From: Camelus dromedarius
Taxonomy: Eukaryota
NCBI RefSeq assembly: GCF_036321535.1
Contig: NC_087436.1
Coordinates: 88,476,001 to 88,540,000 of the forward strand
Length of the DNA: 64,000 bases
Direction: 5' to 3'
Shown here: piece by piece, positions 1 through 12,041 of the stretch
Layout of the letters: each line of letters begins with the position of its first letter
Position numbering within the stretch: the stretch's first letter is position 1
Notes under the pieces: model-generated
The model's database searches: none
Seen by the model: the letters and a program-made list of their open reading frames with translations, nothing else
Told to the model about the DNA's origin: nothing
Position numbers and translations under genes: made by a program

Positions 1-215
1 TTATCAGGGATATTTAATTTTCTTTTCTTGTTAATGTCCTTATCTTGCGTTGGTGTTAGGGTAACTTTGATCTTGTGAAAAGAGGTTGGAAGTATATACT
101 TCTTAAAATTTTTTGAAAGAGTTTGAGAACTCAGGTTTGATGTTAATTCTTCTTTAAATGTTTGGTAGAATTCACCAGTGAAGCCATCTGGTCCTGAGCT
201 TTTCCTTCACAAGAC
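1..215 (-). mobile_element. LINE-1 ORF2 fragment
   Basis: Contains tttggtagaattcaccagtgaagccatctggtcctg, typical antisense L1 ORF2 sequence; boundaries approximate. Confidence 0.75.
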
Positions 216-1407
216 TTTTAATGATCACATTTATGATTGGGACAAAGGACTTTGTAAAATAGAAGATGTGACATATATATATAAAACATTAATCATTGTT
301 ATAACAGTAACTCTCTTTGTCATGTTGAAACTTGTAAACTAAGCACTTTCTTCCTTTTGCACTTTTAAAAGTTTTAAAACTGATGGAAATTGTCTACATA
401 GTTATAACAGATTACACCTGTCTGCACATACCACATCTAGGTGAAAGCAGTTTTGATATGTTTGTGTCTGTGATACTGACATCATTATGGTAGGTTTTCG
501 TCATCCCTTAAGGGAAGATTCTGATGCTTCTATCTCCTGGGTGAAGAATCCTGGTGACCATCAAGTAAAGGCATTATGGGGTGTCTTTATAGGAAGATGG
601 AAGTAATCCAGGGAATGGGTGTTAATTCTCACTTTAGAAAAGACTCTTAAAATGCACTCAGCCGTAAGTAACCTCATATAAATGCAATTTGCCACATACA
701 GAGAATAAAATTCTGAAGCATCAGGAAGAAAAATACATTCTTAGTCCATAGATAATGTCATTAAAAGTATTATCATGTCTTGTTCCAAACTTTTTTTTTT
801 GACCCTTATAACCTTAAAGAATGGGCAAGAAAATATAAATAATCCAGAATTGTATTTGACCAATTTAGTATATCATGTTATAATATACTGGAAACATTAC
901 AAATGACAAAGGAAACCATGTTACACATGGCTGTTCTTTTGACTGTCTGAGATTGGGAAGACCAGTCACTGAGCAAGGTCACTGGGTAAAAGATTGTTCA
1001 CTCTTCACTTTGATGGTTGTGTGTTACTAAGCTTGCTTAGTAAGAACCTGGATGAAGGACTTTGAGAAGTTGTCACTATCAATAAGAAAATCAGATAGTT
1101 TAATAAGAATAGAAATGGGGGGGGCAAGAAGCTGGTTGACCTTCTGTTAGTCCTCATGTACGTGTAACAATTGGCAAAGATTACGTAATAATGCCTTTTT
1201 GCACATAAGAGTTTTGACCTGTCTTTCTACCCATTTTTTCAAATACATGTTGAAGACATTTTCATAGGGGTAAAAAAAATTTATAAAGATACACCTCTGC
1301 AGATGTTGACTGGGTTGAACTAAATTTAATATAAACCGAGCTTACATTTTTTCTATGTTCTTTGGGCAGCTTTGTAACAAATATATTGTTGTAATGTTGT
1401 TTTCCAG

Positions 1408-1472
1408 GCTGCCAGAAATTGTCTAGTAAATGAGGCGGGAATTGTGAAAGTATCTGATTTTGGAATGGCCAG
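1408..1472 (+). CDS. TEC: TEC kinase-domain exon (catalytic loop end to DFG): [22 protein letters not shown]
   Basis: ttccag acceptor, AG|gtaagg donor; 65 nt, phase 0 to 2; Tec-family AARN and DFG motifs. Confidence 0.96.
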
Positions 1473-2429
1473 GTAAGGCTGACTATATATAAACATTTTC
1501 TATAAATTTTGGGTTAAATGAATGTAAGGCTGTGACCTTTCCCTTAAAAGTACAGAAAGCCTGATTTTTTTCTTTGCAGTTTGACTGTGTCAACTTCTTC
1601 CTCTGAAGCTTATTAAAGAGCTGTTTTTAAACATCTTTTGTCCCGTTGGCAAAACAGTAGTAGGACCTGTCATTTTCGCATGGGTGAACTAACTGATTTT
1701 TCTGCTTCTTAGCGTTTTTGATTTAAGGTTAGAAAATAAATTAGATCATATTTTGAAAGATTTCTATGCTGAATTTGTCTTTTTACTATTAGCTTTGGCT
1801 TTTTCTTAGGTAAGCTTGAGAAATTGTGATTACTTAATGCTTCATTATGTGGCTTTAGGTGATATTCACATTAGTTTAGAGGACTGATGAGCATGGAAGT
1901 AATCTGCACTGATGAAGCGGAAAGGAAATCATGTTAGCTGTTTTGAGATAGATAAATATACTAAAATAACAAAGTATACACTATGTTAATCATTGTTAAT
2001 CACTCTCTCCACTAGGTGGTGGTATAGCCTGTTAAATACACTGCTTTGTTTTCTCCCTGGTATGGATTAAATTTCTAGAATCTTTTGTTTTTACAGAAAT
2101 GTGCTTGGGGTAGAGTTTTTAGAATACCCAAATCGGTAATTTTTTAACTTTCTTAATTTTTGTAATTTTAACAGGGTGTTAGAACAGACCTTTAAAAAGT
2201 ATTTTGTTTGTCCTTTCCTTCCCTCCTTCCTTCTGTCCATTCGTTCATCTGTATGTCCATCTGTAAAAACCTCAGGGCCTGCTGTGTGCCAGGCCCCACG
2301 TTAGAGACTGAGCCCAGCCGAGGATGAGACATACGAGTCCTTGCCCACGTGCAGCGTATGTTCAGGAGGAGAGAGAAACATAGACCTGAGACCCGCTGAA
2401 GTTGGGAAACACAGAGTGAGGGGACAGAG

Positions 2430-2702
2430 CAGAGGTCAGCAAACCAGAGGCCACATCTAACCCACCACCTCTGTTTGCATGACCTGTGAGCCAGCCATGG
2501 TGTTCACATTATTTAATGGTTGGAAAAAGACTTTAAAATGTTATGACGTGAAAATTACCTAAAATTTGTGTCAGTGTCCATAAATGAAGTGATACTAGGA
2601 CGTAGCTCATTTGCAGATATGTTGTCTGGCTGTGTTCACACTACTGCAAAATCAGAAAGAGTCATTATCTGGCCTTTTGCAGAAGAAGTTTGCCGCCCCC
2701 TG
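2430..2702. mobile_element. MER58-like hAT-Charlie DNA transposon
   Basis: Terminal inverted repeats cagaggtcagcaaac ... gtttgccgccccctg; internal sequence resembles MER58B. Confidence 0.7.
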
Positions 2703-3904
2703 TGATAGCGATAACTTGGGGTTGGTGGGTGCTGAGCGATGGTGCGGGGCAGGGTGATGGTAGCTCCTTAAGATTTGGTCCTCCGAAGTCCTCTTTGAGA
2801 CTGGGATGTTTGAAGAGAGACTCAAAAGGCAGAGAGTAGTCAGTTAGGTGAAAATCTGAGGATAAAACATTCTAGGTGGCAGGAACAGTGAGACCAAAGG
2901 CTTGAAATTTGGGACAAGCTTAGCTGCTTAAAAGTCAAAAGAGGCCGGAGGGTGGGAGGGGAGGGCTGGGGGAGGCTGGCCCATGACCAGCGTGAGGAGC
3001 AGTTACAAAGGCCGGCAGGGGCCAGGGCCAGGGTTCAGTCCTGGGAGCTTGGGCCCAGGGAGCTTAGGAAGCCAGTGCTGTCGGAAACAGGACCAGGTCT
3101 GCTGGCTGTCAGGGCAGTAACGACCCAGGGCTCTCTGTTGGCTTTCTGCGTAGATGTTGTGTATCTGACTGGCAGGCCTCCAACATCATGTTTGGTTTTC
3201 ATGTGTTTGGCTTTCAAAAAACCTGTGCTTTTGCATCAACCCCTCTAAAACACTCATTAGACGCTCACTCCAGACTCCCCTGATGGACAGCCGCCCATGG
3301 TGGCATTGTCACCGTGTTTGTCTATGCAGCAAAGGAAGTTTGTGCAGTTCTTTACATGTTTTCTTATGGAGCTTTTAGAAATTAATTTTACATTCATATA
3401 ATACATAAACACATTCCTCTTGTAAATACATACTGAATACATTACAGAAAGGGCTTCAGGACTCATGTTTACCACCCTGATCAAGGATCCTCCGCAGGGG
3501 TAACCAGTGTTACCAGCTGGTGCGTGTCCTTCCAGGAGGTTATAAGTAAGCTCCCATAGAAAAATATGTAGTATTGTTCTGAGTGTATGTGCAGGGAGGA
3601 GGGATGTCAAGGTGTGTAAATATACTCCACCATTTACACACATCATTTTGCAGTTTGCTCTTTTTATTTGCTGTAATTTTAAGTTGTGCTCTGTGGAATC
3701 GTGGGGGGTGGGTGAAAGCACGTGTGTTCCAAACGCTTTGCACCACTTCCTTTTGAGCAGCTCTGCTTTTTAGATGTTTTTCATGTGGGGCTTTTGGGTA
3801 AAATTTCGTCTAAAGAATAAAATTGCTTGCCAAAAAAGAGTTTGCCGACTCTCTTACTGCATTCTGCCTCCATCACTTTACAAAAAGGAAAACCAGAAAA
3901 GTGA

Positions 3905-4258
<354 letters not shown>

Positions 4259-4305
4259 TGAAGAGGAAGTGGATGCATCGTTTGGTAATCCTCATCCTCT
4301 TCCAG

Positions 4306-4463
4306 GTGTTTTAATGTGGGAAGTATTCACCGAAGGCAAAATGCCCTTTGAGAAAAACACCAACTATGAAGTGGTCACCATGGTTTCTCGCGGCCACCGA
4401 CTCCACCAGCCGAAGTTGGCATCCAGATACGTGTACGAGGTCATGCTGAGATGCTGGCAGGAG
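4306..4463 (+). CDS. TEC: TEC penultimate coding exon: [53 protein letters not shown]
   Basis: ttccag acceptor after an 82-nt intron; GAG|gtataa donor; 158 nt; matches the end of ORF 4221..4469. Confidence 0.97.
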
Positions 4464-5634
4464 GTATAACATTTTTTGTGTGCTTCTTACGTCTTTAAAG
4501 CATCCAGGGATCTGGACTTGGTAGGTTAAAAGTGTGTAGTCCTTACAGCCTAGTGAGTTGCTGCATGTGTTTTATGATTTCAAACCCTTTGGAAGGATTT
4601 TTCTCAACCTAGACTGAATAACAGGAAGAAGATGTGAAGAAGTGGAAAATAATTAAGATACTAAATTCAGGCTGCCACCACACCCCCAAGTGGGAATCCT
4701 GCCACAGGTGCCCGAGGCGGGGACTTGGGGAATAAACCCAGAGAAGTAGCTCTTTTTCAGTAGACTTCTTATCGTGGAATTATCACATTTTCATCAGAGA
4801 GGGTTTCTTTCTCCAAACCTCAGCTTCGTCAGGTCTCTTGACTCACAGTCTTTGGAAGTTTTCCTTCCCCACGTGTTGCAACATCACTTCATAGAAGAGG
4901 TTAGACACCAAAATGACTTTTGAAAGATAACAGCAATGCTAGCTCACAGGTGTTGTGTGCTGGGCACTGTGCTAAGTGCATTTGATTGAGTTCTCAGAAT
5001 AACCCTCTGAGGTGTGGCTACTTCTACTGTGGCCGCAGTGTGGACGAGAACACCAGGTTGATGCTTGCTCAAGGCCACTTAGCTCCAGAGAAGAAGAGCC
5101 CTGTCCGGCTCAAAGCCCAGACCCTCAGTCACTTGCTGTAATGCCTCCTGAGAGCATTGACTGGGATGAGCAGAGGCCTTCTGGCCAGGAAGTGGCGCAA
5201 AAGGGAGAGAGGGCAGTGAGCAAAGGAAGGTGGTAGCGATGAACTGGGTGTGTGTACACTGGGTAGCAGTTGTTCTGATTGAGCCTAGGGCACATGTTGG
5301 GGTTTTTGTGGGAAATAAAACTGGGTAGGTAGAAAGGGAATAGGGGTGGGGCAGGTTACAGCAGGCACTGAAAATTAGCAAGACTTGATTTTGCAGGCAG
5401 TAGGGTTCTCTGTTAGCTTCTTGAATGGGATACAAAAGCCACGTGGCAGGAAGGTTAGTCAGGCAGCAGCACATGCAGGATGGAGGAGACCTGCTGGAGG
5501 TGCCTGCAGGTTCCAGTCCCGAAGTAGTGAGTCCCCTGCGCTAGTACACTGCACTGTCTGAGTTTGAGCAGTGAGGAATTATTCTGGAGGATGGATTTTG
5601 GAACCCACAGATTCTCTTTGATTTTGAATTGTAG

Positions 5635-5718
5635 AAACCCGAGGGAAGGCCTTCCTTTGAAGATTTGCTGTGCACGATAGATGAACTAGTTGAATGTGGA
5701 GAAACGTTTGGAAGATAA
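5635..5718 (+). CDS. TEC: TEC last coding exon: KPEGRPSFEDLLCTIDELVECGETFGR*
   Basis: ttgtag acceptor, phase 0; TAA at 5716-5718; matches the TEC C-terminus (ETFGR). Confidence 0.97.
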   Translation, partial: KPEGRPSFEDLLCTIDELVECGETFGR

Positions 5719-6508
5719 GTGGTGCTGTGACCAGCGGCTTCCAGACTCCAAATCACAAGGAAGAAACGGCACTTTGTGGCAGAGTTTTAATTTATTTAGC
5801 ACTTGGCTGTGTAGATGGTTTTACTGATTGAGTGGAAACACCTAAACCATTTACTCCTAGACCAGCCTTAGCTCTGTGACTGAATCTTCTGGATCATGGA
5901 AATGCTGCAGTGGTTAAATGCTGTGGTGGTTAAAAGCACACACTTTTATTCCTTCTGCAAGTACTGGGGTGCCCACTGTGTGCCAGGTGCTGTGCCCAGG
6001 CCCCAGGGTCTGCCCATTTTAGGGGTGCACGTGGGGCCATGTTAGCTGGAGTCAGTGGTAATTGGGAGGGAGGGGTGTCAGAACCATGTTCCAGCCACCC
6101 CCCTCTTTGACTTCTGCAGAAATCTGGGCTTGGGTATTGTCTCGAATTTGGGTTCTGGATGGATCAGGAACCTACCTGGGATAAGTACCCACTTTTTGTT
6201 TTGAAAACATTTGTTTTCAAGACTGCATTAGTATTACATTACCACATATTTGTATGCTGTATATATTGTAAATATATATAATATATAAAGTTATATATTT
6301 ATAAGAAACATGAGTTGTCTTTTAATGGAAACATTTAATTCTGTAGTGAATGAGCCAGCCTTCTTAGGACTAGGGAATGACCCTTACAGCTGTCAATTCC
6401 TTTTTCCCTGAGGATCAAATATTCCCTACTGGAGAGAAAAACGCCTGGACCCTTCTACCACTATGCCCCTTCCTCACTTTGGTAGACATGTGTGGGTTCG
6501 ACACCAGT

Positions 6509-7127
6509 TGTGGGTTCTGCCCAGCAGAAGTCCCACCGAGATGGAATGAATTACTCAGGACTCTGTGGAAAAGTCAAGAGAGTGAGAGGGAGTCGGGAGC
6601 CAACTCCCTGAGCCTCTCAAATCTCTCATATTTATTGAGTATAGTCAAAGGAGGAATGCAGGAATTTAGGGAAGGACAGGGTGGGATCACAATGAGTACA
6701 AAGGCTTTGTTTATTGTTGGTGTTTGGCTCAAGGTCAGAAGACCCTTTTTGGTGAATCATGTTCGTGTTGAGCCTTTCAGCTTATCAGGGCAGAACATAT
6801 AAGAATCAACTGCTTAACAAGATTTTTCTTGGACTCAGGCTGTGCCTGTCTTAGGTTGCTGGTCATTGGATCTTACCGTCATTGGCTAACCAGCCTACTC
6901 ACATCTTAGTCTGCAGCTTTTTATAAGTTGTTTACCGTTCCAGCCCAAGTCTGTTTTGGGGATAGAAGACTACGGGGGGGCCTGGGTCGTTGCTAAAACC
7001 TCAAGGCAGTTACTAAGCACATCTTCTTTAAGGAGATAAGCGGCTGGGATCTGTTAAAATTTGTTAACCCAGTCATGGGCTCCCACAGGCATGTTTGGGG
7101 GTACCTGTCCAGCTTAAGCCCCCAACA
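6509..7127 (-). mobile_element. Solo LTR (ERV1-like), antisense to TEC
   Basis: Minus strand reads TGTTGGGG...GAACCCACA (TG...CA ends), with TATAAAA near 6918-6924, CCAAT boxes and AATAAA (tttatt at 6631 and 6710). No clean TSD found. Confidence 0.65.
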
Positions 7128-8660
7128 GGGCTTGTGTTGGGGCTAAGTGATCCTGCCCATGAAATTCACAGCTAACTGGAGTTGGATGGAGAATTGAACT
7201 AGGGGCAGTTAATCAGTTTCTGTGTCTTAAGAATCTGTCCCTGGACTAGAAATGCTGTCAGTGGAGGTGTGCTGGGCTCTGGGAGCAGAGGGATCAGATG
7301 ATATTCACCACAAAGGCTGCTCCCACCACTAGCAAGACCCACGAGCAAGCCAAATTCTGGCCATGTCCAGGAAGCAACCAGGAAAAACGGAGAGCATGGT
7401 GTTTTGAGCTGTCTCCCGGATGGTTCTCAGAGGCCTGGTTGGACTTGGGTTCCTGGATCAGAGAGCTGATGTGTTATAGCCTCACAGTAGACCCTGTGAT
7501 TGAGTTCGTTTGAGTGGGTTTCTGACCCTTAGAGTTCCCGACCAAGACACCCTCTGGGTTAGAGCCTTCGTTGACTCATGAGTCTCCATCATCAAAGCAG
7601 AGCTCATGTGTCTCCCAACGCAGTGTTGCTGGTTTTGTGGGCACAGAAAACCCAGGAAGACAGGGGCCTTTCTTCAGGAGTTCGTCTGCTCTGGGGACTG
7701 GGGTCTCCCACAGGCTGTGGAGTGTCAGGGGAACATACTTGAAGTCATGTTCATGTCAGTAGTTCTTATGTGAAGAAGCTGCTTAATGCCCCACAGTGAG
7801 TTGTCTTGGTCAACAAGACCCTACAGAATGTTCCCCGGAAACCACTGAGGCTGCTGAACCACACGATGTTGCCAAGGAAACAGCTCGCAGGAGGGCAGCG
7901 CTGGATTCACGAGTTTACCCGCCAGGCTCCCCAGGCAAGTACCAGGCTGGAAGATGGCCCACGGCCTCGGAACAGCGCAGGTACTAGCCCCCAGCTGCCT
8001 GCTTCCCCCAGGACTCCCTGTAGACCTTGGAACATCAAAAGGCAGCTCTGTGGTTTGTGTTTGAAGCACTGAAAATCATCCACTTAGGTAGGACCCAAAG
8101 ACACCTCTGTACAGCAGGACTCAGGATCCCAAAGGGCTTATTATGGCTCTTGCTTCCAAGAATGAGCTGAGGCCTCTACATTTGATTTTTTTAAGCTGCA
8201 TATTCAAGGCCCACCTCCTCTACCATCTTCAAGCCTCGTTAACCGGGAAGGGGCTTCCTTTGTTCCATGCCAGGCTGTGTGGAGCAGGGCCGTGTGTCCT
8301 CTACGTGTGACTGCTTGCTTTCCTTTGTTTGTATGGAGGATTTAGAGGAAGGGCAGCCAGAGTCAAGGGGAATGACCCATCTACCCACTTTCGGTGATTG
8401 CAATGGCTTGAATACTATAGCAGTGTGACTGGAACCATTTAATTCAGTTAACGCTTAAATGGTTAAATAAATGATAATGCATGCTGTATTTATGGAAAAT
8501 CAAGACCTTTTAAGGAACACAAGCTGTAGCTGGCTCTTCTGAGCAGCTCTTTCAAACGACCCTGGAGAATCATCTTTTCATTCTGGTCAGCTCATCCCCT
8601 GACGGCTGTCTTCAATTCCTCCCTGTCCCCCTTACAAGGGAAAATAATATAATGGAAAAT

Positions 8661-8666
8661 AATAAA
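8661..8666 (+). terminator. Candidate TEC polyadenylation signal AATAAA (alternative at 8466-8471)
   Basis: AATAAA followed by T/GT-rich ttttgtctgtttg. Confidence 0.55.
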
Positions 8667-9064
8667 ATATTTTTGTCTGTTTGCCAGCTTCCTTGGCATC
8701 TTCCTGTTTAACTGTATCCTCATCACGAAAATGTACACACCTTTTCACTGAATCGCTCACAAGCTTTGTAGTTCCTTGAGGGAGTCGGTCCTACGTGAGC
8801 TCTACCCTGCTGTCACTGTCACACTTTCCTCGTTCCTTCCTCCCTCACCTTGACTCCTGCCACCCCTCCCAGCCCCAGCCCACACTTCCCTCGACCTTGA
8901 GGAGCTGTGTCTCAGTGCTGAGTGGCTTTGGAAAGAGAGGAGAAAGTACAGCCCTTGCCCCAACAGTCAACGTAGATTTCTGATGGGAAAACAAGATTAG
9001 ATAAGAAACTTGTCAACATTTGGGAACATTTTCTTCAAATACCTTGAAATATTTCACTAGAACT

Positions 9065-9096
9065 AAAAAAAAAAAAAAAAAAAGAAAAGAAAAAAA
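9065..9096 (+). repeat. Poly(A)/A-rich tract
   Basis: Run of A followed by (gaaaa) units. Confidence 0.9.
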
Positions 9097-9599
9097 GTTT
9101 TTCTATAAAACCCTAGCTACGGCAAAAGGAGAAGTAAAAAATAGAAGAATCCACCCTGAATGCTTAAAGAGATCTTAATCTCTAACGCAGGAAATAGGAA
9201 GGGCAGTGTGAATCTGCTGTGTCTTCAGACATTTGCCCCCTTCAGTTTTTGTGAATTTGGGGCTTTATTTTTCAGTGGGATGGAGTGAAACTCCTGTGTG
9301 CGTGTTTATATTATTGATGTTGTTTTTGTATTTCTTGGTCACGCCCCAGTCACCTGGGGCTGGATTGGTTTTCCCTCCCTCATCCCCTCCCCACCCAAAA
9401 TAAACTTTCCTCATCTGCTGCCTCAAGTGTCAGAACTCAGTGGGAGGACAGAACGTTCTGGACTTGGTACTTTCGAACGTAGAGTCTGATTCTTTTTCTA
9501 CAACACACTGTGTGCCCTGTTCTATCTGCACCTCCGTTTCCTTCTCTGTCCGAAGGGAGCAGTTTGAATTCATACTCCTTTTAAGGGTTCCTTTTACCA

Positions 9600-9817
9600 A
9601 AACCTTGTGATTTCTTGAAAATGCTGTTTGCTGGCGTCACCCACACGGTCGAGGGTGAGGCTGTGACAGGCGCTCCCCGCAGAGATCTAGATGTAGGTGA
9701 TTGCGCTTTCTCTCATGTAGGCCACCCGGCTGTCATTCACACACTTCTCTGAGGTTTTCAGAACAGGAAAATAGGTGGGGTTAACTCTGCCCGTGAGAAA
9801 CATCTTGGGCGAGCTAT
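9600..9817 (+). promoter_or_regulatory. TXK: Putative TATA-less TXK promoter
   Basis: Immediately upstream of exon 1; contains CGTCA (CRE half-site), CACCC and caggaaaa (ETS/NFAT-like); no TATA seen. Function inferred from position. Confidence 0.5.
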
Positions 9818-9904
9818 GATTTCAGTTAAAAGATGTGTTTTTGTGATGGGGGCACCGCCGAAGACCTGAAGGCTGTGTTGTATGCTCCCCGCACAAGTGC
9901 AGCC
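9818..9904 (+). other. TXK: TXK exon 1, 5' UTR portion
   Basis: gatttcagttaaaagatgtgtttttgtga... resembles the human TXK mRNA 5' end as I recall it; TSS approximate. Confidence 0.7.
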
Positions 9905-9920
9905 ATGATTCTGTCCACCT
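9905..9920 (+). CDS. TXK: TXK exon 1 coding part: MILST(Y)
   Basis: gccATG ATT CTG TCC ACC T|gtaagt; 16 nt, phase 1; joins exon 2 to give MILSTYNTIQS. Confidence 0.9.
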
Positions 9921-10134
9921 GTAAGTAAGATGGCTTTGACCTTTATCTCCAGGGCTTCCTCTGGGCATGGTACTTATTCTTGAAGCCAGGGATTGTGAAA
10001 TTTGGAAGATAATTTCCCCAGGTGTTGTGACAAGAGTTTTGTTTGTTATTTAAATAACCATCATGGTGATGGGATTTTAGTTAAATGTTTGGGGTGGAGA
10101 ACACACAGGAAAACAAAACAGTGTCCTTAAGTCT

Positions 10135-10136
<2 letters not shown>

Positions 10137-10174
<38 letters not shown>
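10137..10174. repeat. (TG)n microsatellite
   Basis: About 19 consecutive GT units. Confidence 0.95.
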
Positions 10175-10177
<3 letters not shown>

Positions 10178-11755
10178 AATGCAATCAGTTTGAAAAGTGT
10201 TTTGTTTTTAGGATGATGTTTAGTGTAAACAACTCAGGTCTGAAGGCTAGGAGACCAAGTTCTAGTTAGAGATTTGCTGTAACCTTGGTGGGTCACCTTT
10301 GGTAACTTCTTTATACCAGGTCCCCATCCTTACCATGGGGCCTCTTTTTGCCAACCTGCCAACGAGATATACAGAAACAATAGATAAAGATGCTAGGTTC
10401 TCCATGAACTTAATTTTGGAGTTGCTTTGGAAGACTGTTGAGGCCCATGTACAATTTTTGGAAATGCTGAATTTAGCTCTAGGACTCAAAAGAGCCTTAT
10501 CGTGCAAATAATTACAAATTCAGAAGAAAAAATACTGCCCAATTTTAATCCTGGATGACTATGGAACCAAGTTTCAACAAAGCTCAGTCATTTTAGAATA
10601 AAGCAATAGGGCCAGCTGACAACGTTTTTGCATTTCTGATTTTTAAGTGGCATTAGGAAAATTTGATTGCAGTTTTTAAATGTCATCTGCTTAAGCCAGA
10701 TCACCTCACAGGACCCAACACTCACTGGTAGAATTTGTAAGAAATAAACCAGGCTAGTTCACATGTACCCTTCTGAAATGTAACTTGGAGTCCCGGTCCA
10801 CACATGGATACCATCGTGGGTGCTGTTACCAGAAACACAGGCCAAGCAGAGCAGAAAGAGCTGAGAAGCAGCAGCCCATGTCCCCACCTCCCCTAATGAC
10901 AGGACACAGATAAGCAGTGACTTAATGAGGATCTTTTTATTAAAAGCTCTGTGGGCATCTGTTCTTCTTCATTTCTCATGAGGGCAGAGCAAGAGAAAAG
11001 CATGTGAATGATAACAGGAAGGATTCAGTTACATAGAAAATAAGTAACAGTTGAGAGACAAGGGTTAGATGGCCTGAAGGACTGAATAAGAGGCCAACTA
11101 TTAGTGGGAGTATTTGGGGGGTCCGTCTGTCTGGTCTGGAAGGGCAGGGACTTGATGAACTCTTACTGTCCCTGCCAGCTTCTGACGATTTGATTCAACG
11201 GTAAGCACCACCCATTTATTGCTGCTGTAAATTGCACTTAGCTCTGGTTCCATTTTCTTCTGAGTAAAACAGTGAGTTTTTACTGTTGACAAGAGAAAGC
11301 CAAGAGGTGCCCCAAGGGGTATTACTAATCAAAAAATGTCTGTAGGTGTTTGCCAGGCCAGAGTCATTGGTTGTTTTAAGGGCTGTCACAGAAGTCTGGC
11401 CTCGCAGGCTGCTGTGGGGCCAGAGGAGATGGTTGTGGCAGCAGAGGTACTGATCATGGTGGGGAGAGCCTGCACGAGGGACCAGAGTCAGTTTATGAGA
11501 TGTGATTGGTTTCCCTGTGAGGGCTGCCTTAGAGTAAAGAAATCATTTACCCTAAATCACTTGGCTCCACATTTGCTCCTGTGGTTTCTTTGACTTAGAA
11601 GTTTCTTCCCTTCGTTCTGATACTCCAGCTGGTCTTAGGAAAGTCAAAATCCAACCGATTCTTCAAGACCCAGTCAAAATGTAAACCTTTGTAAACCTTT
11701 CAAAGCCCCCTGTTTTCTCTCCATCAGCCACTGATGAATTTATTTGCTAGACATA

Positions 11756-12041
11756 TAATTTTTGTATATATATACATTTATTGAAGTATAGTCAGTTTAC
11801 AATGTTGTGTCAATTTCTGGTGTACAGCACAATGCTTCAGTCATACATGGATATACATATATTCGTTTTCATATTCTTTTCACCATAAGTTACTACAAGA
11901 TACCGAATATAGTTCCCTGTGCTATGCAGTATAAACTTGTTTATCTATTCTATACATATCAGTTAGTATCTGCAAATCTCAACTCTCAGTTTATCCCCTC
12001 CCACTCCCCTCCCTCCCTGGTAACCACAAGTTTGTTCTCTG
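11756..12041 (-). mobile_element. 5'-truncated L1 3' end
   Basis: tttattgaagtatagtcagtttacaatgttgtg... L1 3' UTR; flanked by gctagacat on both sides (TSD). Confidence 0.8.

Larger units (their letters stand above)
5719..8690 (+). other. TEC: Putative TEC 3' UTR
   Basis: Follows the stop codon; AU-rich tracts; first AATAAA hexamers I found are at 8466 and 8661. The 3' end is inferred. Confidence 0.55.

Noticed and set aside
2007..2024. CTCF-like ccactaggtggtgg (also ccagcagatggtgg near 53429)
   Set aside because: Both lack the conserved C of the GGC core; too weak without binding data.
3257..3721. 154-aa minus-strand ORF in a TEC intron
   Set aside because: No recognisable domain, non-ATG start, no exon context; chance ORF.
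10510..10550. QIQKKKYCP resembling PH-domain SQQKKKTSP
   Set aside because: A-rich low-complexity match with no flanking similarity.
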